DNA of 64,000 bases, taken from IMG/VR virus record IMGVR_UViG_3300030372_003954, positions 7,211 to 71,210 of that record, one strand, 5' to 3'. This DNA comes from a virus. Its lineage: Duplodnaviria; Caudoviricetes. The position numbers and the translations under genes were made by a program. This document shows positions 12,701 through 20,081 of the stretch, piece by piece (the first letter of the stretch is position 1; each line of letters starts with the position of its first letter). The notes beneath the pieces were generated by a model, which saw nothing but the letters and a program-made list of their open reading frames with translations, ran no database searches and was not told where the DNA came from.

Positions 12701-13404
12701 AACCAAGACCAAGAAAACGATGGGAGCCTGAAGAGTACCCAGGTCAAGTCATGGTTTATGAAGCAACAGACACTGTGAATTGGTATATTTTAAAAAATGG
12801 GTTCCATGGTGTTTTTCCGGTTGCACCCCTTAGAGATAGCGTTGTTCCAGGCGTGCCCCTCCCCTTACTCGACAAGTCCCCTGCTGGTCTTATTCTACGA
12901 ATGAACCCAGTTGAAGCTTTCGAAAGAGGCATGTCGACGGCAGGGCTGCCAATGGAAATGGGTTTTGCTGGTCGAGCCATTGACCAAATGACCCGGTTGA
13001 CTCGCATGAATTCATTTGTTCCGCAGATTTTAGAAATGGAAATGGAGCATTACAATGAAAACGTGCGAGCAGGGCGGAGAGAATCTATTTATCAAGAAGA
13101 CGATCCCAATGTTCTTCGTAAACTTCAGGCCCTTGGTTTTATGAAAGACCCTGCAACAGGAGAAGTCACTTTCGCTCAGGCCGCTGGCGAGCCTGTCATG
13201 GGAGAGCGCCCACGAGTTGGCGTAGAAGAGGGTATTCTAACTTGGATGCTTTCTGTTCAAGAGATTCCCACAGAACAACACGCATACCTTATGCATCATA
13301 TGAGACAACGACAGTATCTTTTGTCTATTTTGAACGAGTTGAAAACAAGATCGGAATCAAAGCCCCTTGACGTCGAAGACACATATCAAACTCCGGGTGA
13401 CTAA
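736..13404 (+). CDS. Giant (4222 aa) polyvalent-type virion/ejection protein
   Basis: Uninterrupted 12.7-kb ORF with RBS AGAGGTGAT; HELGH...EWFAE zincin motif; HhH-like motif; C-terminal FDYSDLTSFEK...FYSFQRKN motif typical of phage internal proteins. Confidence 0.85.
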   Translation: MATPPVTGVVRGANEAAEGQPSDIDNYPAGYTVQQSPTLDVEETESLRLQITDAARDYLGKVEGISGDELEDRTQDFLRDMQVDPDLGMKATKAWAADGTTEDSDFSKFLRVWIPRDRVFHGTSYSPEADYRGRLETLLIHNIADSLLSESEDANGNPQKSELEAYADAQASSDARQTNGDQDFVNRWEDHERALIPSVTGTYIDIVSESGVGRAIQSVVGGGVDLIDFWSEPYSENYPGQNRGVDWWRKQDRPFHIRTIYKGHPAADAHEIAEDPVTGQFAPWYESAEERSHLGTLSAEEAATFNQYINERNQLASGNGDFVDLFDQYVKQRDNWLEMWDKTKGSYPSQFSGELRRDGFIFRSREWFDAWSSGAEYPSQFDEDFDKKRKVFTEIDSYPRQDQIAKEVQHAIALAQLREEKRGDEEKFKIVTERLDRVLGNIPSDLFPDRRLRETHRNTYGESSFETRAGHIRNTSLGDMFMLASPVVELVAEGGSWVLPGVTHDYDPTGSFGTGVKGTARAALQTADTIYYGLDQWNIPDILTLGLMPEDVGRQAEALWGNSFLEDIKKFDDNKELMGTSDDERKAMLFSMVLRRNRRQIKVNRFILDVPRFSTYKEEILAAADNPQLPQGSDVAFNQQGQRYNSRGFHAIIQGAKDRAEELDMSLSDYLDSDSGMATVENKLNDLPLTLMPPSVSSAIIRDLGGYEGILQDSRNWVSSREARYGREDRQFGNFLEEGLGNLVTNTYVAGTTVLTKQSKTGRALEVAGTVAFDPLAEVAMDLIGDPIMAVGEQFGAWDWEGRPNDRGGLGDWFVGLENPEAAGFMGRFQDVVLGMKLSRDSEAWKRAQAAGLAFDVFVPGESWLLRTASRPVVGTTRLWNILEDVPGISTDTIRAAYLPDGIFGVGSLEKKYAPVEDISNFERALEEAEAAAAVSRSEFEAEYGRRDLRERLFGDAGVNLAKRRLKRSRRQMYGLGGWRRAVPGMAPRELRREIGGLHDLTAYMAMEMMEKNLLQGRNPLEGFGSSFRENIDEVLRVAGVDPQDVKRVTRDTSAMRTARFFSEAAERLDGSDDLTRSLRGTSEYKQLRDTLEAQNKALDGLSIDKMRGVNVVDSYMALIEAKAVAFARRGGLEYGFDKSRLYMQQVLQSIESGRAKPGSLISDSDVSNVVDAASRSADNISPENRTVIDINLSDETQLERLKASRGQEFVRLVGTKQNLRRLDMEELVNLLGRFDPAGMPPRVTDDFLNEISHRLARAFAESTDVGAQKFDEFMDMLVNLQERITSDVNPSAFDGRRFLIEKHFSEIIRHVAGRIDEVKRTMADEAIDSGAQAASIATGRAQIAAAIRGHVENGFLDADQGVMLEALVMSLPERVLRDIRFEESFMRPEPQARGQAYQVLLSEGGGVNRLVTAIELFAYSDEVGTINRMEFAEFVGASIEDILETVRTSDVSVPTNAFQSLSLRFFNNKINPDTGVAYTAKQLSEKFVDAIVQRSNRQGVEISDQKVEQLVAQYEDQLLSIKRNSEKIGPRTYHFLHELGHAISTSFLADSEIEILSRAFREEIDDFGLFRDSPYTRKYETLSDVQFAEWFAESFAEFVIHHRLPKVLENQPNSSNLMRIFHQLMVRISNFLDGWYRRAPRARTDFHPAFVSVVERMFENKAKPMLSRREVALRRASLMGLRVSDEAVFGRLAENRSGLNGQYIPEIDDISISADDLRAAEASADVAAEVVEEVAATASIEMQILMQRAESARAKLARANTLGTRRMYQAMLGDAEQRIAQLQDVEAQQAVQSPDLTVPKVQGAGGLLDIEGALDIIGPEVRRVLQERDVLDSGHLSEQLARDFDGSAEKVGGRPHLVVDQEVDLGLKQRIYRSEITPNQAKEIKKRLGDASPLEDASVDVSFNVERIVDGPDGPVIERSAVTIPVYPILKSGDFEMGMGRQVLIPGGFDGTFSFADVQYLARRPIEAIADDAATKWWEDIGSDLLGDSDTLANFPDIVEQYKEAYRNMISQLYSKMHKGYGIEQIRPAHKDYFVSNNLKSGPDAVEYAQRMEIHLMDVASQYVFAFLSMNTNLMDNMHFGAVARPRSMSDLGDMVQRYRLARKNKGAPLTRDEANYILGFALSVSEGRLKDRFGAKTKFLDVETDVLPMVQIHDWSKPGAPLIEVQAVDVAALNANKMASSLRSALSRYDRARRRVAKIEERLPKIKRADLKRQQRSALRKAKKGMHSAESDYQSLQSAVSAKDAVALTGDVVLSSPADTTKILDMYEMMYEDFKRVQSGELEYSFFERYPGEDWRNFSDRVATMVPGMATKISMFGLYWQNPVLANIGALDIHMIGLMGTELFKQEKYLNMARDFYDAWRTLKGDAAKNQLKEIAENQLIRESDGKRTPSATAISRRTKQIIATELQKRAALSFEDFLSPDVSNPAYTFWRDELRRVITTPDDLLIYPSKIKELVEVLPTRMIDSKKVKQAINKVRADKTRTIEKRKADVSKLQDAFRAHKMIENTITKYGDTHPIVVDFMADYKSGQTRNLSVMSKEYEMALNRVEADVKDQEFIESTASRQHQVWDEWRGYVDPHVIVQPGSAMLPSVRPSALKAIVKALEDTLPEIKDPELQAVLTARHNRMHTGLFGEGFRDVYESFKQGGFSGSAPFKERPLPTELTRGALYIADSDPTTATLNTFLSAGEDLSKFFSDGDVSALFNDAAYGLMYLLGDEFPQVMDEFAHRFDHVIADDGERMLTRRGFGEVRDEFVEYWHNRYHDDPVVHHAFETIRDKIATYWRRIRPRAEKMEPGTRRLFDEWTGVLNDAKKEAMFDVKNSPSFKEIPTIRIKSMEDLFEERVRKKGQKKEATRIDLDEGRVRSALDLGVDATEVDVFETVRKAVGYVATEMARKRYSNHWVAFSESGGTIVPRRLLPSYLEAKQIRIYGVFGDPRLFKEQFVSIKKQRIKLDERGEPVLNPDGTPQREIAMEVLPDGSTVPQTIEAINLTKGQQLNFKDLILELGADPRTRRGVQQVLGEYLVPGADLSQITASQYRYVVDELIPTHVAGMGTGSTKEMQRVPRSLGFAAVQALTLPIRATGIHKPLVKAFKTNRSLSQAKKVKQTKQGETEKKGVVEEVISPVAVELFERRLREMEDIGNWVRTAQQLLKDGNKDAGVMHVIDGLRETLHQPLSTQSYRNLDRIEAIYRNEPRINRRELAAALDEIVIAFAENRKMTPEERIAIRHFRSIHELIEEGKIPEPLPKSIREAYGEFVDIIGRGIHERLAAADSAAADIMAAMGGTPEQIQMLRTGDGETRLTARRDAREFYRDFYLGNWENMLLTMSREGLAIGTARKYPGKYSIPHAALEAVIRLRARHIQKALFEDMANFGILTKIDDVAPADIVRMADRRRFVERVKAYLDDELGFMKPRRVVDQDGKVIQVTEGFEAVKIDPITGQKKQGGSAGPSLRADEINRLAGVGGYRPLATDMPGEGLGYDQIYRHDVEAFTVAHQMIEKWGMKYGANIEHWRIFRDVDGVERLVPKFFADEMERAVDNVAGVASGRSAGFQTRATRFDIPYEFLPNLRKPGLLEVSKERVKVASTDVLNFVLNTYPTTYRLMKQGLTTGLGIINLPYFFTNFVGAQVQMFMAVGPKGYFLNNPLITMNALEVAAAVWGGTPQMRFGKIKPIVGPDGTVYTKAQLIKAISEHNLTGSFIRQETARSLTEDLKRNSPSFWQEMTKENPLYKDTAEGAADFPMAAGIDTANIPGPLRIIDFYQTQLMNFATYIDNVHRTSVFLNGLEQGMSAAEAAKLAREALFDYSDLTSFEKTWMRNAFIFYSFQRKNIDLFYRTLLTHPERALAQIRLGRGLNQIFLDGDSDLIESDFNSARFGMFYLGRTGKSIAQAFRYNAPPFPAIDAIKTIMTMLGGFSALMPAKGIVQRQQQIKESLKSLTLLNPWLQYPFAMYFDQNLFKGKDLQSERIPLWFAQYDMLTTGGMILQSVDAKPRPRKRWEPEEYPGQVMVYEATDTVNWYILKNGFHGVFPVAPLRDSVVPGVPLPLLDKSPAGLILRMNPVEAFERGMSTAGLPMEMGFAGRAIDQMTRLTRMNSFVPQILEMEMEHYNENVRAGRRESIYQEDDPNVLRKLQALGFMKDPATGEVTFAQAAGEPVMGERPRVGVEEGILTWMLSVQEIPTEQHAYLMHHMRQRQYLLSILNELKTRSESKPLDVEDTYQTPGD

Positions 13405-13464
13405 AATTTGCTTTCCGTGTTACCCTTTTTCCAACCCAACCCAGACTCTCTTTAGGAGAACCAA

Positions 13465-14073
13465 ATGTCCACACTTCCACAACTTGTAAACGGCAACGCT
13501 CTTGAGCACGGCATCACCATGTTTGTAGACCATGGCGGTGGCAGCGCATCTCAGATGCACGTTGGCGGTCAGGCCAATGCACAGGTCGCAGCAGGCACCT
13601 CCCACGAAAACACCACCGACGAGGGAACCCTGTCCGTTTTCACGATTCCAGCAAACACCTTGGTCGCTGGCTCTACGATTCGCTTCTGGGCCGCTGGCGT
13701 TGTTGAGGACAACAACGGATCCGATACCTTGACCACCCTTGTTCGCCTTGGCACAAGCACTACCGACCGTAGCAATACACAGGTGTTCGCCTCTCGTGCG
13801 ATTGATGTTGCTGATAGCGATGTCTACTGCTTCCACGGCTTGATTCAAATCCGTACCGCTGGTTCAGGCGGAACTGCTGTAGGCATGTCTTCGTTGCAAG
13901 ACCCAGACGCAAGCGGCACGACCAACGGCTCTTGGAACTACACGGCAAGCTTCTCAGTCAACACCACAGCCGCTCTTCGGTTGGCGATTACTGGAGACTG
14001 GAGTGCAGCTAACGCTGACAATGAGTGCAACTCGGAAATCTTTGTCGTAGACATCGTCAATCCGTCCACCTGA
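13465..14073 (+). CDS. Putative virion structural protein
   Basis: 202 aa, G/T/A/S-rich beta composition, AGGAG RBS, in the structural operon. Confidence 0.65.
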   Translation: MSTLPQLVNGNALEHGITMFVDHGGGSASQMHVGGQANAQVAAGTSHENTTDEGTLSVFTIPANTLVAGSTIRFWAAGVVEDNNGSDTLTTLVRLGTSTTDRSNTQVFASRAIDVADSDVYCFHGLIQIRTAGSGGTAVGMSSLQDPDASGTTNGSWNYTASFSVNTTAALRLAITGDWSAANADNECNSEIFVVDIVNPST

Positions 14074-14101
14074 TTCATCCACCTTCTAATAGGAGGCCGT
14101 G

Positions 14102-14530
14102 ATGGCTGATCAAGGCTTTGTTGTTAATGATGCAGAGCAGGCGAGCATTGGCACGTCTTACTCTGCTGGGCAGGCGATTCTTCTTCATGAGGATTTGACA
14201 GCAGATCCTTTGTCGAGAGCAATGCCACAGGCTTGTTATCTATCTCACCTTGAGCTTCAGCTTGACGTGACTTCTGGATCTCCAGCTACTGTGTCTTGTT
14301 TCTTGACATGGGATTCGTCAGGTGATGACCCGCTTTCTGCGGAGGCTCAACTTATCAATCTTCATGCTGGTATGACTGACACAAGCCTTAGAAACACCGC
14401 AGTTGCGACTGATGTCTATGTTCGTGCTCCGACAGGACAGACAACGGCAAACAAGTGCTATTTGTTTCTAAAGGTCAATGCTGGTGTTGTGACATTAAGA
14501 AAAGCTCGTCTTTTGTGGGCTGTGAGGTAG
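14102..14530 (+). CDS. Putative virion protein
   Basis: AGGAGG RBS; beta-rich composition; operon context. Confidence 0.6.
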   Translation: MADQGFVVNDAEQASIGTSYSAGQAILLHEDLTADPLSRAMPQACYLSHLELQLDVTSGSPATVSCFLTWDSSGDDPLSAEAQLINLHAGMTDTSLRNTAVATDVYVRAPTGQTTANKCYLFLKVNAGVVTLRKARLLWAVR

Positions 14531-14535
14531 GGTAA

Positions 14536-16572
14536 ATGGGGATTAGCACAGGGTTCTTCAACAGGTTTGGAAACCAACGAGTGGTTGGTACTGACCTTGA
14601 AATTGATCTTTTAGACGGCACTCTTTCGGTTGATGAAGAGAACAATAGGGTTGGCATCGGTGACACTGCACCTGGAACAAAGCTCCAGGTTACCGATACC
14701 GCCCCCTATGTGACTCTTAAAAACTCTACAGCGGAGAACTCGGATGGTGGTTGTGAGGCTCGGGTGATCTTTGAGGATCACGCCGACGCTACTCTCGCTC
14801 AAATCGAGGGTAGCCACAGCGGGTCTTCCGATGACACTAAAGGAAAGCTAATCCTTTCGACCCATACCGGGTCCTCGCTTACCACTGCTCTGACCATTGA
14901 TGACGAGCAGGCTACAACGCTCGCTGGGGACTTGACTGTTGGTGGCGGTAATCTTGTTGTGGACACCAATGTTACGGCCACAACAAACCACACAACTGTT
15001 GCCGCCCATATTGATTACGACGCTACCGGCATTATCGCATCTGGCCAAACAGGACAGAACATTGGTATTGATTTAGACATCAACTCAGATTCACCAACCA
15101 TGGTTGGAACGGTCCTGAACACAGGAATCGACGTTGATCTTACTGGCGGAACTTCTGGAGCGCAGACCAACATTGGTTTGGACATCTTTGCTTCAGGCGC
15201 TGACCAAAACTTTGGTGCAATTATTACGGGCACCACTGCGGATCTTATTTTAGGTGCGGCTGGCAATGCTGATCTTACGGTTCTTACTGCCCGAGATCAA
15301 ACAACCGGCACCACCGCAGGCAAGAACTTGTCTATTAGCGCTGGTAGCGCTGTTACTGGCGGAAGCAACAACATCAACGGTGGCGACTTGATTTTGTCTA
15401 CTGGCAAAGGCGATGGCACCGGCACCGCAAGCATGCAGTTTAGGACGAAAGTCAGCGGTACTGACGATGTTGGCGAGCGCATGCGAATCCACACTGATGG
15501 GAATGTTGGTATCGGGGATTCGGCTCCAGGCACCATGTTGCAGATTAAAGGTGCAAACGCATATCTGACCCTTCAAAATGAGACTGCTGAGAACAGTGAT
15601 GGCGGTTGTGAGACTCGATTAATCTTCGAGGATCACGGCAACAACGCCCTGGGTCAGATTGAAATCAGCCACGTTGGTTCGTCGGACGATGAAAAAGGTA
15701 AGATGGTCCTCTCGACCAACAACGACTCCGGCTTGCAAGCTGCTCTTACAATCAGCGAGACGCAGAATGTAGCGCTTGCTGGCGACCTTCAAGTTTCCGG
15801 CAACAACATTGTTGATAGTGCCGGATCGGCGGGCATTTCGTTTGACGGCTCTGGAAACACCCAGGTTGATGGTGACCTATCTGTAAACGGTGGCGACATT
15901 CAATACGGGAATGGTCAGAACGCTACTATGTCTATTGCTGCTGTATCTGGCACCAACACTGCTGGAAAAAACCTGACCATTAGTGGTGGCCAAAGCACAG
16001 GCAACGCCAATGGTGGAAACATTATTTTTCAAAGCTCCGCAGCGGGTGGTTCGGGAAGTAGCGCCAACAGTTTGGCTACCGTTTTTACTATTGAAAATGA
16101 TGGCGACATTTCGGTTCCTGGCGACATTGGAATGACGGACAGCAGTGCGATTAACGACGAGAACAACAACAAGCTTTTGAAGTTCTGTTCCGTTGGCAGC
16201 GCAGTGAACTACGTTGAGATTGAAAACGCAGCAGATGGTACTGCCCCCGCAATCAGCGTGTTGGGCGACTCAAGCAACATTACGATGTCCTTGAAGCCCA
16301 AGGGAACTGGTGGTGTACGGATCTTTGGGTCTACTGCCGCAGCAGCATCTCTTCTCCTCAACGAGGACTCAGACAACGGCACGAACTTTATGAAGTTTCA
16401 GGCCGCCGCTAACATCGCGTCTAATCACACCTATACCTTTCCAAGCGCGTTACCTGGGGCAGACCGGGTTCTCCAATCGGATAGCTCGGGACAACTTAGT
16501 TGGGTTGAGGCTTCCGGGGGCTCCGCCGCTAACGATGAAAACCTTATTCTTCACATGCAAGTTTTTACATAG
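14536..16572 (+). CDS. Tail fibre / receptor-binding protein with internal repeats
   Basis: Two RVGIG/NVGIG...APGT repeats typical of fibres; G/T/S-rich; A-B-A-B internal duplication. Confidence 0.8.
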   Translation: MGISTGFFNRFGNQRVVGTDLEIDLLDGTLSVDEENNRVGIGDTAPGTKLQVTDTAPYVTLKNSTAENSDGGCEARVIFEDHADATLAQIEGSHSGSSDDTKGKLILSTHTGSSLTTALTIDDEQATTLAGDLTVGGGNLVVDTNVTATTNHTTVAAHIDYDATGIIASGQTGQNIGIDLDINSDSPTMVGTVLNTGIDVDLTGGTSGAQTNIGLDIFASGADQNFGAIITGTTADLILGAAGNADLTVLTARDQTTGTTAGKNLSISAGSAVTGGSNNINGGDLILSTGKGDGTGTASMQFRTKVSGTDDVGERMRIHTDGNVGIGDSAPGTMLQIKGANAYLTLQNETAENSDGGCETRLIFEDHGNNALGQIEISHVGSSDDEKGKMVLSTNNDSGLQAALTISETQNVALAGDLQVSGNNIVDSAGSAGISFDGSGNTQVDGDLSVNGGDIQYGNGQNATMSIAAVSGTNTAGKNLTISGGQSTGNANGGNIIFQSSAAGGSGSSANSLATVFTIENDGDISVPGDIGMTDSSAINDENNNKLLKFCSVGSAVNYVEIENAADGTAPAISVLGDSSNITMSLKPKGTGGVRIFGSTAAAASLLLNEDSDNGTNFMKFQAAANIASNHTYTFPSALPGADRVLQSDSSGQLSWVEASGGSAANDENLILHMQVFT

Positions 16573-16581
16573 GAAACCAAC

Positions 16582-16947
16582 ATGGCTACTATTTCAAGAA
16601 TCCATTTGAGCGCTTCAACTGATGGTCGTCCTATTGAGGTTGCTGCGAGTTCAAGCGCTGGCACAACCATTCACACTGGGCCAAGTGTTACTGCTGACTA
16701 CGATGAGATTTGGTTGTGGGCTTGTAATCACAACACCTCAGCAGAGGTTCTTACTTTGGAGTGGGGAGGCACAACCGCGACAGACGACCACTTGAAAACA
16801 ACAATCCAACCAAACGAAACCGTTCTGGTTGCGCCTGGATGGATTCTCAAAGGAAACTCAAGTACTGCTCTAATCTGTAAGGCTTTTTCTACGACAGCAA
16901 ACAAAGTCTCGATTATTGGTCACGTCAACAGGATTGACGCAGCATGA
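16582..16947 (+). CDS. Fibre-associated small virion protein
   Basis: SASTDGRPIEV...DEIWLWA...LEWGGTT pattern that I recognise from aquatic phage tail regions. Confidence 0.65.
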   Translation: MATISRIHLSASTDGRPIEVAASSSAGTTIHTGPSVTADYDEIWLWACNHNTSAEVLTLEWGGTTATDDHLKTTIQPNETVLVAPGWILKGNSSTALICKAFSTTANKVSIIGHVNRIDAA

Positions 16948-17897
16948 GTCGTAGAAGTCGAAGCCCAGGGCCTATTAGAGATTCCGATGCCTCTCCAAAA
17001 GGAACTTTTCGGAACAGCTTTAAGAGTAATTGGATTTCAGTAAATCCATGTCCGGGCGGCGTGCTTCCTACAGATGTAGCTACCTTAGGAAGCAGTGACC
17101 CTGACAACGGCACCCCTGGCGTTTGGTATCATGCCGATCCAAACAGCGTATTTGACATTAGTGGTCACGCCAGCGACTGGGTTGCACGAGACGCGAATGG
17201 CGTTGAGTTTTATTGTGATCTTGCCGCAATGAAAGATCAAGAAATCGACAACGTCGAACAGACCAGCGGAAAGCTTGCTACGGCTCTTACGAAACCAGAC
17301 GGCACGGGCATTTTAGAGTTTAGCGACCTTGTTGGGTGTACCATAGAGTTTTTGGTAGAAGCTCACGAAAACTGCCCCAACAATGAAAACCATGATACCG
17401 GAATACTTGTTGGTCTTTCGAGCGAGAAATTTTTAACTGTTACGGGTGACGGTCACGGGTATTGTTTGGGTCTTTTTTATCAAGGCACCGCTGATGCTAA
17501 TCCACTTAAAATGGGCGTGCATGCGTACAATCCACATGGGCTAACCACTACACTCAACACTGTCTCAGATTGCAAGGTAGGTTGGGCTCAGTTTCATTTC
17601 GTACAAAAAAGCGCCACCGAGGTTGTTTGCGCTACTTCAGTAGCTCTTTCTTTGAAAGATGACTACACGATGACCCATCATAATAATCAGACCTATATGC
17701 AGCAAAAAGCTGGCGATCCAATGGCCATGGACGATAAAGCCTATTTGGTTATAGCGCCATTTGCGAGAGACAATTCTGGTGGGGGGTCTGCTGTGCGTAG
17801 AACAGGCAAGTTTAAATTGTGGTATAGGCTCCTTTTTTCGGAAGATGAGTTTGAGCCAACCTATGATCCAAACAGCAACAACCGGCAAGGAAGTTGA
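16944..17897 (+). CDS. Hypothetical protein (possible receptor-binding tip)
   Basis: 317-aa ORF, ATGA overlap with the upstream gene. Confidence 0.6.
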   Translation: MSRRSRSPGPIRDSDASPKGTFRNSFKSNWISVNPCPGGVLPTDVATLGSSDPDNGTPGVWYHADPNSVFDISGHASDWVARDANGVEFYCDLAAMKDQEIDNVEQTSGKLATALTKPDGTGILEFSDLVGCTIEFLVEAHENCPNNENHDTGILVGLSSEKFLTVTGDGHGYCLGLFYQGTADANPLKMGVHAYNPHGLTTTLNTVSDCKVGWAQFHFVQKSATEVVCATSVALSLKDDYTMTHHNNQTYMQQKAGDPMAMDDKAYLVIAPFARDNSGGGSAVRRTGKFKLWYRLLFSEDEFEPTYDPNSNNRQGS

Positions 17898-17900
17898 CAA

Positions 17901-18092
17901 ATGGAACAACGTGTTCGAAAGCTTGAAACGGATGTGGCTGTTCTCGGTCAGCGTGTCGATACAACGGAGGTAGAAGTGTCTGCTATCCGCCAAGACATTC
18001 AAGGAATCAAAGCGTCGATTCACAAAGCCCAAGGTTTGATCCTGGCTACCGTCGTCATCATGCAATGCATTGCGATCTTCATGGAGAGTTGA
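17901..18092 (+). CDS. XhlA/holin-like membrane protein
   Basis: Coiled coil followed by a C-terminal hydrophobic helix (GLILATVVIMQCIAIF). Confidence 0.55.
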   Translation: MEQRVRKLETDVAVLGQRVDTTEVEVSAIRQDIQGIKASIHKAQGLILATVVIMQCIAIFMES

Positions 18093-18093
18093 T

Positions 18094-18255
18094 GTGGAGG
18101 CGGATGTTGTAGCTCAGTATCTCGACTTGGGAATGACCTGCGGTTTTATTGCGTACCTTATCAATACCAATCGACGACAGGGCAAAGCGCTCACGATGAT
18201 GACTCGAAAGTATGAAGAGCTTTTCGAGCGAGTCTTGAAGAGAGAACGTGAGTAA
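18094..18255 (+). CDS. BhlA-like holin candidate
   Basis: GTG start after the upstream stop; N-terminal TM segment (LGMTCGFIAYLI) plus a charged tail. Confidence 0.5.
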   Translation: MEADVVAQYLDLGMTCGFIAYLINTNRRQGKALTMMTRKYEELFERVLKRERE

Positions 18256-18430
18256 TAGTAGCCAGATGAAGTGGAGATACCACAAGCCGTTTGTAAACTG
18301 GCTTTTGAAAATGCAATATGCGGAAATGAAGGACGACAAAATAAGCCCTTACATTAGCCCTGGTCTTGTTTTATACATGTACGAAGCTTACCAAGCTGGA
18401 ATGAAACAAGGAAAACGAGAAAATGGCTAA
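18248..18430 (+). CDS. Hypothetical protein
   Basis: 60-aa ORF tightly packed between neighbours. Confidence 0.5.
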   Translation: MSNSSQMKWRYHKPFVNWLLKMQYAEMKDDKISPYISPGLVLYMYEAYQAGMKQGKRENG

Positions 18431-18845
18431 TGGAAACTCCTGCCCTCTGGCTACTCGCGATTTGCAAGTAAACACTCGCAATCGAAACAACGCGATTCAA
18501 CAGCCATTTATTAAGTATGGGCCATTAAATCTTGAGGATGAACAGTATTGGGTAGATGCAGCGGAGCACTGGAACACTACCGTTGAGGTTGCAAAGGAAT
18601 CACGGTGTGGTAACTGCATTGCTTTCGACATCTCTCCCAAGATGAAAGAGTGCATGCCTGGTCCCGCGTCGGAGCCTATCGAAGATGAGGACGGCGAGCT
18701 TGGGTATTGCTGGATGCACGACTTTAAGTGCCATAGCGCTCGTGCTTGCTATACCTGGGCAGCGGGTGGACCGATTTCTGAGGACAAAGTATCTGAGGAA
18801 TGGCAAGAAAGATCCGAGCAGGAAACCTTGCAAAACAACATGTAG
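18423..18845 (+). CDS. Cys-rich hypothetical phage protein
   Basis: CP..T; CGNCIAF; GYCWMHDFKCHSARAC..W; likely metal-binding. Confidence 0.7.
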   Translation: MANGNSCPLATRDLQVNTRNRNNAIQQPFIKYGPLNLEDEQYWVDAAEHWNTTVEVAKESRCGNCIAFDISPKMKECMPGPASEPIEDEDGELGYCWMHDFKCHSARACYTWAAGGPISEDKVSEEWQERSEQETLQNNM

Positions 18846-18870
18846 GCACGCATGAACAGATGGAGGCAAC

Positions 18871-19359
18871 TTGGCTCAGTTTTCATTAGATGAGTTTGTA
18901 CAAGCCATACAAACAGCGGTCGTAAAGTCCACAGACATTGCAGAAACGCACGAACTAAACCACATTCGAGAGGAAGAGTGGTGGATTGATACGGGCGATA
19001 AAGATGGGGACGGTCAACCTGTCTACCGACCTCGTATGGTTACTGTCCGACTGCCGGTGTGGGAAGAAGGCAAGAAGGTTGAGAAAGACATACAGGTTCC
19101 GATGCAAACGCTGGTTACTGGCCAGTCTTTGGCTATCGACCAGATGACTGTAGAAATGGACGTGGAGCTTCAAGGCATGGAAGAAGGTGCGGACATTGGA
19201 TGCAAGCATCGAAAGTTACGGATCAACCCGACTGTTGGTGGCAATGGATGGTTTGCCAAAAAGCGTAATACTGCTAAGATTTCAATAACCTTCAAAGGTC
19301 AAGAGCCTCCTGAAGGCTACGCAAGGATCGACAATCAACTGATCAAGTTGCTTCCATAG
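18871..19359 (+). CDS. DUF2589-like protein (short type)
   Basis: LDEFVQAIQTAVV, VPMQTLV..SLAIDQMTVEMDVEL, PPEGYARI; TTG start after GGAGGCAAC. Confidence 0.7.
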   Translation: MAQFSLDEFVQAIQTAVVKSTDIAETHELNHIREEEWWIDTGDKDGDGQPVYRPRMVTVRLPVWEEGKKVEKDIQVPMQTLVTGQSLAIDQMTVEMDVELQGMEEGADIGCKHRKLRINPTVGGNGWFAKKRNTAKISITFKGQEPPEGYARIDNQLIKLLP

Positions 19360-19367
19360 GGTAAAAA

Positions 19368-19625
19368 ATGCCGAACAGAAAGCCAGCCAAAGGGAAAGCC
19401 AAAGTTAAAATTACAGGCTCTGGCAAGAAAGTTTCTTATGGACAAGCAGGCAAGGCAAAAGGTGGCGGACCTCGTGTTCGCCCCGGAACATCTAAGGGCG
19501 ATTCTTACTGCGCTCGAAGCCACGGCCAAATGAAGAAGCACCCGAAGGCAGCTAAAGACCCCAACAGCCCACTGCGTTTGAGTCGGAAACGATGGAAATG
19601 CAAAGGCACTAAGAGCACAAAGTAA
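19368..19625 (+). CDS. Small basic protein
   Basis: K/G-rich; YCARS.GQMKKHPKAAKDPNS.LR.SRKRWKC pattern common in aquatic phages. Confidence 0.75.
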   Translation: MPNRKPAKGKAKVKITGSGKKVSYGQAGKAKGGGPRVRPGTSKGDSYCARSHGQMKKHPKAAKDPNSPLRLSRKRWKCKGTKSTK

Positions 19626-19750
19626 TGCCCTACAAAAAATACAGCGCTAAGCAAAAAAAACTCGCCGCAGTTGCCCCTCCTCGGAAGAAAATTACCGGGG
19701 CTGATTTCAAAAAACTCAAGCAGTCTAAAAAAAGTCAAAAGAAACGATGA
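19625..19750 (+). CDS. 41-aa Lys-rich microprotein (MPYKKYSAKQKKLAAVAPPRKKITGADFKKLK...)
   Basis: Below the ORF-track cutoff; TAATG overlap upstream and ATGA overlap downstream. Confidence 0.7.
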   Translation: MPYKKYSAKQKKLAAVAPPRKKITGADFKKLKQSKKSQKKR

Positions 19751-19929
19751 GCAAAAAATCAAAATCAAGAGTCAACGAGGCTGGTAACTACACCAAACCA
19801 GGCATGCGTAAAAACTTGTTTGAAAAAATTAAACGCAGCAGCAAGGGCGGAAAGCCAGGTCAGTGGTCTGCTCGCAAAGCTCAAATGCTTGCAAAGCAGT
19901 ACAAAGAAAAAGGCGGAGGCTACAAATGA
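19747..19929 (+). CDS. Small basic protein (DUF5872-like)
   Basis: NYTKPGMRK.LF..IK..SKGGKPGQWSARKAQMLAKQYKEKGGGYK. Confidence 0.75.
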   Translation: MSKKSKSRVNEAGNYTKPGMRKNLFEKIKRSSKGGKPGQWSARKAQMLAKQYKEKGGGYK

Positions 19930-20081
19930 AAGCCTCAAAGAAGCTCGCGAAAGTCAGCAAGGAGCTTGCAAAGGCATCTAAGATGCACGCTCGTCAGTCC
20001 AAGACCATTAAAAAAATGTCTAAAACAATGGAAAAACAAGAGCGTTCTAAGCCCACATACACAAGCCGGAAGAAAAAGTAA
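19926..20081 (+). CDS. 51-aa Lys-rich microprotein
   Basis: ATGA overlap with the upstream stop; MKASKKLAKVSKELAKASKMH. Confidence 0.65.
   Translation: MKASKKLAKVSKELAKASKMHARQSKTIKKMSKTMEKQERSKPTYTSRKKK

Noticed and set aside
736-13404. Many 60-150-aa antisense or alternate-frame ORFs within the giant gene and other long genes
   Set aside because: Shadow frames with no RBS or recognisable motifs
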